Source of the DNA: Amoebophrya sp. A120
Lineage: Eukaryota; Protista; Dinoflagellata
Assembly (NCBI GenBank): GCA_905178155.1
Contig: CAJINV010000033.1
Coordinates: 1-21,284 of the forward strand
DNA length: 21,284 nt
Direction of reading: 5' to 3'
Shown: positions 10,901-19,000 of the stretch, piece after piece
Position numbering within the stretch: position 1 is the first letter of the stretch
How the letters are laid out: every line of letters starts with the position of its first letter
Notes under the pieces: model-generated
Databases searched by the model: none
Seen by the model: only the letters and a program-made list of their open reading frames with translations
Told to the model about the DNA's origin: nothing
Made by a program: the position numbers and the translations under genes

Positions 10901-12528
10901 GCGTCCCCCCATACAAGAAAGTGACGGCCACGTCGAAGGCAACGCGTGTGGACAAGAAGGCGCGCGAACAATCTCAAGCTGGTGCTCACCAAGACGACCA
11001 ACCGCAAAGCTTCAGCACGCGTAGCCCGAAAGAATTAGAAGCCCAGCTGTATGGTTCAGAGGATTTGAAGGCGTCCCTCCGACGCGTTCTAGACGTGGAT
11101 AACGTCAACGTTAGCCCGTCTGAAATGGTGCCGAGCGTGAGCAATCGAATTCGCAACTTTGTCACTGCCGAAAACTTTGGTCAACAGCGAACGGATCCGG
11201 ATGGCCAGGGCTCACTTCCTGCTGGTGAACCGGGAGCAAATCACTAAAAGTGTTGTACTTTCACTGGTCCGCTTCTGTTCGTCTTTTACTCGCAGTTTTT
11301 TCTGCCATGTTTTCCACAAAATATTTCATCACTACAGAATTATATCACTAACTAAGCCTCCTATTATACACGCCGTGTTGAATGCTGTTTACATTTGCAA
11401 AAAACCCGCACCCGGAACAAAAGACGCGGACACTTCTAAGAGTAAGAAACTTTGAACTATATTTGATTTTTACGATGTCCTCGATTTGCTCAGCCTCCAT
11501 CCAGGCCCAGGCCGCCGCGACAGTTCGAGCGTCCACCTCCATGCTACCACGAGAGATACTAGAGCACTTTCAATCATATTGCCCGCCTTATCCAGGCGCG
11601 TGGTCGTGCCACAAGGGAAGTCATTCTCTTCTGTGGGTAAGACGACCAAGAACCTCCCAACCCGTGGAGGCATGACCTACTTAATATGAATCGTTCTCGC
11701 CTGCTACCCAAAGAAGTAAGTAAACCTTAAATCTTACCTGAGCCTTATCCAGGCTGCCGAGATAAAAAGTTGCAGCGCCAACAAGAACAATTTAGATGTA
11801 TTGTGCCGTGAGTCATCAATCAGGATTAGGAATAAACAAGGGACACACAATTCTTATGCGCAGCTCTAGTTTATTCCCAACACACCACGATGAAGATGAA
11901 TGAGTCACGATATAGTACATGAAATTTTGTTTTTGTTGTACCACGCAACTTCTGTGACACCAAATTTTTCCCGGGGAAGATGATCATGAGGATGAAAGTC
12001 CGTCGCTTTGTCGTTTGCTGTAACAAACGTAAAGTCTCCTGTATGTTGTTCTTGGAGGAAGATTTGCTTTTTGATGTTCGTGCGAAAAAAAACACAAATT
12101 TTTGTTGCAGAGGCATGTGGCCGCGGTAGTTTAGTGGCAAGATCCAGGTTTCGTTTCATATGTAAGACCATGAAGATGAATGGGCTTCCACCGATTTCCT
12201 TGATTAAAAGTTTTTACGGTAGGAGCAATGGCAGCCGATCCAAATGTGATCGTTGTGTGCCGTAATAAAGATCTGCTTTTTGATTGTGGTCGTGTGCATC
12301 ATGATAGTATCGTTTACGATCTTTCGTATGCCGCGTTTTGGCTTTCGAGATCGTGACGAGGATCATCACCTCGTTAAAAAAATTCCTGAACTTTAGCTTT
12401 CTCCTTGTGTGACATGAAGAACGGCGATAATTTGTTCCCCGCGTTTTTGCCGTCGACAGTCGCGTAAAGAAAAAGAAGAAATCGAATAAAAAGCAGTCTG
12501 CTAAGTTGTAGGCGTAGCAAAAATTATT

Positions 12529-15290
12529 ATGGCCCCACGACGACAAGTTCAACTTCAGATAGGGCGCGTCAAGCCCAAGATGATACCTTTGATAAAAAGG
12601 ACGCGGGTTGTTGGGTTTGGGGTAGCAGCATCTTCCTCGTCTGTGCCGTCGCTTCTGCTCCCGAGAAGACACAGTTCGAGTTACGTCGGTTTTTCCAGGT
12701 TGTGCAAGAAACCCTGTAAAAATATATCCAGCACCGCAAGGGGCGGCAAGAACTTTTCCGTCTTGCCTCCCGCAGGACGACTTGGGAAAGCACCCCGAGG
12801 GGGCCGGCTTCCCTGCCACTTCTCTACCACGGCACCAAGAAGTTCATTTTCTGTTGCGGCAGTGCAGCCGCATGTGCGCAGCTCCTGCTACAGTGTTCAT
12901 CTCCAACGAGCAGTACCACTACAACTACCTCCGTTTTTTACCGTCGGTTCTTTCCGCCAAAATTATGTTCTTCGTACGGGCGGAGCCGGAGGTGGAAGCA
13001 GTGCCGTCGGGCTCCGGAGCCTGACTTCGACGACCGCACAGCTGCTCCTAGATCACCAACAGCGACAACGAAGGCACTTCCGCGCCGAGGCCTCCGCCGC
13101 GGGGAAAAACGCCGCCTCCGTACGGGAGCGCACGCGACCCAGCGGCCAGAAAACCGACGTGCCCTCGGTGGTCGACGATCTGGTGGAGGACTTTCGGCGC
13201 AAGTTTTCCCCTTTGGGGCAGAACACGAGCAATGCGAAGCTGACCGACTTGTATCCGATTTTTGCGAAGGCGCGCACGCCGGACGACTATCACGTGTGCC
13301 TCCACGCCCTGAACATCGCCTACAACTTCGGATTGCTCCGCAACCCCATCGCAGACGTCGAGGACACTGAAGGAGCATCCGCAGGCAGAAAACCTGCCGA
13401 TAAAGCCAGCAGGGATAGAGGCGGGTCTCTTACCCTTTGCAAAAGTAGCGTCCCACCCGTACAGATTCTTGCAGTTTGGCGCGACAGATGTTCTTTCTAT
13501 ACCTGCATCTGCATGGCAAATGTGAGATTCAAATTTCACCTTTCCTTCTGATGAAATCTGAATTGCAAAAATTTATTTTACCTATTACGCAAGTTGTGCG
13601 GTAGTACTTCTGCAATGTGCATATCTTTCTCCAGCTCCACTTCAATTTCGACCTCAACCACGACCTCCGCGCCCAACACCGGGCGGCGGAGCGCCCACGC
13701 GTGCCACACGAAGGCCCTGGCCGCGTCGCGCACTCTGACTACGAGGCTGCTCGCGTTAGCCATGAACTGCCAGAAAATGAACGAAGCGGTGGACCTGGTG
13801 GCCAAGTATCGTGCGTTCCTACCGCAGCCCCCGCACGCGCAGTTGGTCTACGTGCTGCTGGGCTGCCTCCTGTACCGCAAGCAGTACCAGAAAGTCGCCC
13901 ACGTCGTCCAAGCCGTCCGCGAGGACTGGCTCCAGCAGCCGCGACCCAATTTTTACGTGCTCTGCATCGAAGCGCTGCTGCACCTGGACCCGAGCGGTAG
14001 ATCGGCCGTTCCAATCGTCCGCGACGCAGCGCGGTTCGACATCGATTTGCCGCTCAAGATTCGACTGTTGGTGGCCGAAGCAATGCTGGCGGACCGGAGC
14101 GAGGGCTTCGTTTTATCACCTCATCTGTTGCTTTGTCAACAGAATGATGGTCAAAAAGAACCTCGTCCACAAGAAGGCTCTGATTCTGCAAGTACAACCA
14201 CGGTAGAACAAGTTCTTGCCGCGGAGGAAGAAAATAATACGAGTACAGAAAATAAAGCTCCTGTGGCAACAAAAATAAATCCAGATGCTCGTCCCAGTAC
14301 GGCCGCCACGTCCACTGAGCAGCAAGAGCAGCGTGATGATCTTCAGCACACGAACAAGAGTCCCAGTTGCGAGAAAAGCATGGATAATCACTCATCAGTG
14401 ATTTTTGAGGCTGCGTTTCGCGGGCTGCTTCCAGAGCGCGAGTACGTGACTAGCGACGGAATCCGCAGAGCCATGTGCCTGTCCTGGCTGCGCCTCCTGC
14501 GGAACGACGACCCGGACTGGCATCTTCCCTTCCGACAGAGCTGGCGAAAGTATGCGAGTGCACAATTGTTGCCCGTTGTTCCTGTCAAGATTCATCTGGC
14601 ATGATCTGGTAACCAAAGCGTGCGCACGACGAATCTTTTACACATATTGCTGTCTGGGGCCGACGTCTCGATACGAGAACGTGTCATGCATGATGTTGAT
14701 AAAATTCAAACTCAAAGGCAATTATAGAGAGTGAAATTTGCGTTTTGCATGAGAAATGACAACGACGCGGAATCCTTGTGCACTCGCATAGCAACCGTCG
14801 CCTTCGCAACTGGGCCGTACAGACGCGTATCAACTGGAAATACGTCTCGGTCAGTACCACTTTTGGGAAGACTGCAGAACTTTGTCATGCACCTTACATC
14901 CAGACAGTTTCTGTTTCTGATGTAAGCGAAAACATCCGCACCTTCACATGTTGGGCTTAGGCTTCTCAGTGTGCTGGCCCATCTTCCATGGCATGTTCCA
15001 CGACCATTCCGTGCACTGATGCAAATAAATTTGCAATTTTGGCATTTTTACTACGTGTGCAAAAGAACTATTTACACATAGAGATTCTATCTTGCGTCAC
15101 GCAGATTCATGTGCAGAGTCAGAAGGTTGCAGTTTCGATCCAGCTGACCCAGTAGACGTACTATTTGCATCGCATAATGCGGCTGCCGGCCGCCTTTTTC
15201 CGTGTTGTGCCGGCTGAATTTCGGCGAGAGTGCGTAGCGCGTCTGGGCATGCACGTTTGTCCGGAGGTGGAAGAAACGGATCCCGTGTGA
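12529..15290 (+). CDS. Multi-exon protein, putatively mitochondrion-targeted and alpha-helical (possibly PPR-like). Inferred exons 12529(or 12580)-13458, ~13582-14567, 14619-14680, 14764-14849, 15156-15290
   Basis: ORFs 12529..13551 and 13594..14604 share a frame. The long N-terminus is R/S/L/G-rich and nearly free of acidic residues. The amphipathic helical core reads LTTRLLALAMNCQKMNEAVDLVAKY...PNFYVLCIEALL. Downstream exons join in frame to ...RECVARLGMHVCPEVEETDPV* (TGA 15288-15290). The function call is weak. Confidence 0.75.
13459..13581 (+). other. Intron with imperfect TIR (GT...AC; GT-AG alternative ends at 13593)
   Basis: ATTCTTGCAGTT near the 5' end pairs with AATTGCAAAAAT (13561-13572); 123 nt keeps the frame and removes the stop at 13549-13551. 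Confidence 0.6.
14568..14618 (+). other. 51-nt GT-AG intron with short TIR
   Basis: GTTGCC ... GGTAAC CAAAG; removes the in-frame TGA 14602-14604 and keeps the frame. Confidence 0.6.
14681..14763 (+). other. Non-canonical intron (GT...AC) with AACG direct repeat and TGTCAT/ATGACA TIR
   Basis: Splicing at the repeat gives SGADVSIRERRGILVHSHSNRRLRNW. No slipped register ends in AG, and the nearest upstream AG is followed by an in-frame TGA (14757). Confidence 0.65.
14850..15155 (+). other. GT-AG intron with short TIR
   Basis: TCG|GTCAGT ... GCTGACCCAGTAG|ACG TAC; phase 0; GGTCAG/CTGACC inverted repeat. Confidence 0.65.
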
Positions 15291-16068
15291 AAAGAACGAA
15301 ACATATTTATCATTTTCCAGTCATCACATTCAAGAGGTGCCCGTGACGCATAATTCACTTTCGGCTCTACTTCGCGACCTGCTTTACACTAGGATCAGAG
15401 GGGGCACTGGTGGCGCGCACCACAGAACTGTTGCCGCACCCAAAAATCGCGTTCCTGCTTTGTTTTTCGACGCTGCCACCATGTGTTGGCAGAAAAGAGA
15501 TGAAGATCAAGAAACTACTCTCACAGCGTTACTAAATGTGTGTGGCTGGTGCGAGATGGTACGATTAGCTGCTAATCATGTTCTTCTGCCTGCTGTGTGG
15601 TCTTCTGTTTTAAGCGTCACCTTGGTCCCATTTATCGTTAGAAGAAAAATGAATTGCTTTTCTTCTTTCTGTAAATCGGCAAAAAGATGAAAGAACTATC
15701 ATCCGAGTTCATGAAAAAGCCCAGCACAAGAACTTTTGTTTTCGTTTTGCGTCTATTTTCATTCTCCCTCTCACCTTAAGAAGCGCACACGCAATTCATT
15801 TTCATTCTCATCATGGAGCGAGAAATCAATGCTTGTAAGATCCGTATGGATACTAAAGTAGAACATTTTTGTGTGTGGTCGGAGGCTTGGGGGGTGGCGC
15901 TATGTCAAGTAGCTGTGCAGTAGCAGTACAGCACTCCGGGGGGGCGTCCGGTCTTCGGGAAGGTTTGCTGCCTAAACTAGTATTGCTATGGGAAAATTAT
16001 AAACCCTAGTAGAATGAAATAACGGGTTGACCTCCACGAAGATAAAAAAGGGATCACTCCGAAGATTT

Positions 16069-19000
16069 ATGCAGCTTCAACTTCCCTGTAGAAGTTCTCG
16101 TTGGCCAAAAAGTTCCATGTGCTGCCCCTTGTCCACAGGTTTTTTCGTTTTTGTCTTCTTTCTCACTGCCGGCGTCGAGCAAGCCGCTGGGGAGGAGGCA
16201 AGAGCATCGGCCAAGGCTTGCGTTGACACGACCTGGGCGGAGTGGTCGGCGTGCAGCAAGACGTGCGGCGCCGAGAAGGGCACGCGGCGGCGGACCAGTA
16301 ACTGCGGGACCGAGCAGAGCGAGAGGTGCGCCGCGGACTTGAGGACTTGCCCCGCGCCGGCCAACGTGGACTGCGTCCAGCAGCAGGGGAGCTGGGGAGA
16401 GTGCAGTGCCACGTGCGGGTCGGGGCTGCAGGTCCGGGTGAATCTGGTCACGCAGCAGCCGGAGGGGACGGGCACGCCGTGCGGCCCGCGGTCGGAAACC
16501 AAGCCCTGCAATACCCAAGAGTGCCCCCTGCTGGACTGCAAGGTGGGAGCGTGGTCCGACTGGACTCCTATCAATTGCAAAAATGTCTGGCTCTGGAAGA
16601 ATGCAACTTGTGCTGCTGCATTTCAATTCCAAGAAAATAAAAATCTGTATTGCATGAGCAGCAAAAGGAGGCTAATTCTTGCTACGCGGAAAGGACATTT
16701 GTCATGCGGAATAAGCATCAAGTTCAAGCAGCCCTCAAAAGATCTGTGATGCTAGGGCCTGCATCACAGACATCATGGGTCGTACAAAACGTGAATGAAA
16801 AGTCGCAGAATGTTCCAGACTCAGACATATTTGCATTTGATAACGCCCACGTGTCGGCTAAAGTGCACCACCCCGCAGCCCCTCTACCAGCGGATTGGGA
16901 ACACGTGGCAGTCCAGCGGAACCGTCGTTTCCGACTGGGGTTTTAAGATGCGGATGCGGAGAATAACCCACCCACAAAGGCTACGCGAGTGTCAGGTTTG
17001 AAATCGACACATGTTGGCGCAACTACAGGGGCTGCTGATCCACCTTATGGTATGCTCTCTAGCTGCCCAACACACTCTACTTGCTTCCAATTGGGCTTAA
17101 GTACATCATACGCCTCTACAGAGATTTTCATTTTGTGCAGTGCATTTTCTGCCATCACAACAATATTCGTCGCTTTCAAACCTGACGGCTGCATGAAAGC
17201 CGGGCGGCCAGCCTTGTCCGCGTTTGGTGGAGAAGACTGCCTGCGACTATGCGTTGCAAATATGTCTGGTTTGGATTTGTGATGCAAATTTTGAAGGACA
17301 ACAAGATCTGTGATGCGTGAGTACAAGTGGCGGTTGTTCGTGTCACGCTGGATGAAGCCAGTTTGTGGTGCGAAATACGGTAGAAGTCGCAATGAGATGT
17401 GAGAAGCTTTTGATGCGTTCGCGCCATGCAAGAGGCCGTTTTGTCATGCATTGATCACCCGGCATGTTGACAATCACAACTTCGCGTGCTTTTATCCAGA
17501 CTCCGACATAAAGTTTGTAATGGATAGCGACGGGAACGGCGCTGAGAGGTATTTTGCGGAGAAGCGAAATGCTTGGAGCGACGCAGACATCGAGAAGCTG
17601 CGTCGGTTTAATACGTATTCGGAGAGGCAGACGGATCAGCACAAGCTGGTGGAAGTGGACCGCTTTCCCACGGGAGATAACGGCCACGAATTGCCTGCCC
17701 CCTGCCCGCGGGTAGACCCTCCGCCGGTGGACTGTGTGCAAAACCCGATGACGCAGACAGGAGGGGGACCCGTTTACAAGTTGTGTGACGTAGGACTGCA
17801 CAATGGGGTCGACTACACCGATGTGGGAGGGGGAACCGATATTTTCTACCAAAATACAATATTCTTCCCCCTCCCCATATTCAAAACGAAGTTTCTCATA
17901 CTGGATGTGCGTTCACAAATAAGCTCTGTGTTGAGGTAACGGATTACGGCTAGACTCTAAGGCTGGACGAGGGGGGCGTTCAAGTCTAGTCGTTCTGCAC
18001 GGCAAGCGACTGCCCTGTAGGGCCGGCTCATGACAAATCGCTACCACAATGGAGCTGAAGCAGCTGCAGGCTGCCTTCTTGCAAGACAAATAGCTCCTGA
18101 CTGGTGTAGTTGTACACAATCAGCATCTTCACAAGCGTTCTTTTTGATTATGGGTGGGGGACTACTTCTTCACACAATATTTTTCCTGACGGAGCTAGAG
18201 CGGGGTATTGGAACGACTTTAACTGTGCAGCCGATTGTGAAGACAATCTCGAGTGTTGGCACTACTCGCAGTTGCATTGCATGGATGGAAACTGCGAATT
18301 GAAGCGCAACACCGGCGCGTGGCATAATCCCGCTCCCTGGTATTGCAAGCGCTCAGGCTTCACGAACAGCGGTGATTGTCACCAGCCAGCGTGGTGTGCG
18401 AGCCCGTGCGGGCCATTTTGCGAAGTCTATCAGTGGGCCGAAATTACAACCTTTCCCGCCAACGGCGGGCGGGTGTGCGGCACGCTGTGGCAAGTGTCGC
18501 CGGGTCCAGACGCATTGGGCTACCAGGGCCAAAAAAAACGGTGTCCGCCGGAAATTCCGTGCCGCCAGGAGGATAATAACGACTGGAGTACGTGCAGCGC
18601 GTCCTGCGGCCTAGAGGGGAAGCAGTACCTGAAGCGGCGAGTGATCACGCATCCGCAGTGGCTGACAACTGAAGCGAATCGCTGCCGGGACATACAAAAA
18701 GCGCGGTCCTGCACTCCGCCGCCTCCCCCGTGTCCGGTCGATTGCGAGATGGAGCCGTGGGGCGATTGGGGCGACTGTGACGTCTCCTGCGGCCCGGACG
18801 GCCGCCAGACGCGGACCCGCAAAGTTCGGGTGGACATGAAGGCAAATGGCTACCCCTGTCCGCCCGCGGATCAAAACACGCAGACCATCAGCTGCCAGAA
18901 CCCGCCACATTGCCCCGTCGATTGCGTGCTAGGGGATTGGACGCCGTGGAGTGACTGCTCGGCGACGTGCGGGCCGGCTCACCGGTACCGTGCCCGGGCC

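Larger units (their letters stand above)
6754..11715 (+). pseudogene. Long multi-exon gene of unknown function with several frame breaks (pseudogene, or gene with assembly errors)
   Basis: Coding-like blocks ~6754-6812, 6911-7635, 7991-9294, 9489-9620, 9781-9870, 9980-10034, 10088-10166, 10346-~10470(+), 10710-10812, 10884-~11249, ~11440-11715. In-frame GT-AG joins at 9295-9488, 9621-9780, 10035-10087 and 10813-10883. Frame breaks near 7090, 8078, 8443, 8857, 9557, 11175 and 11453. May be more than one gene; both ends uncertain. Confidence 0.55.

Noticed and set aside
8070-11180. Programmed ribosomal frameshifting (Euplotes-like)
   Set aside because: The shifts differ in direction and share no slippery or stop motif.
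2922-11715. Stop-codon reassignment (TAA/TAG=Gln, TGA=Trp, as reported for one Amoebophrya isolate) to explain in-frame stops
   Set aside because: Intact exons in the same window (e.g. 18110-19144, many Trp and Gln codons) use only TGG and CAA/CAG. Most apparent stops fall inside inferred introns or accompany frameshifts.
11716-12528. Further exons or a separate gene here and at 15337-15690
   Set aside because: No consistent frame or codon bias could be established by eye.
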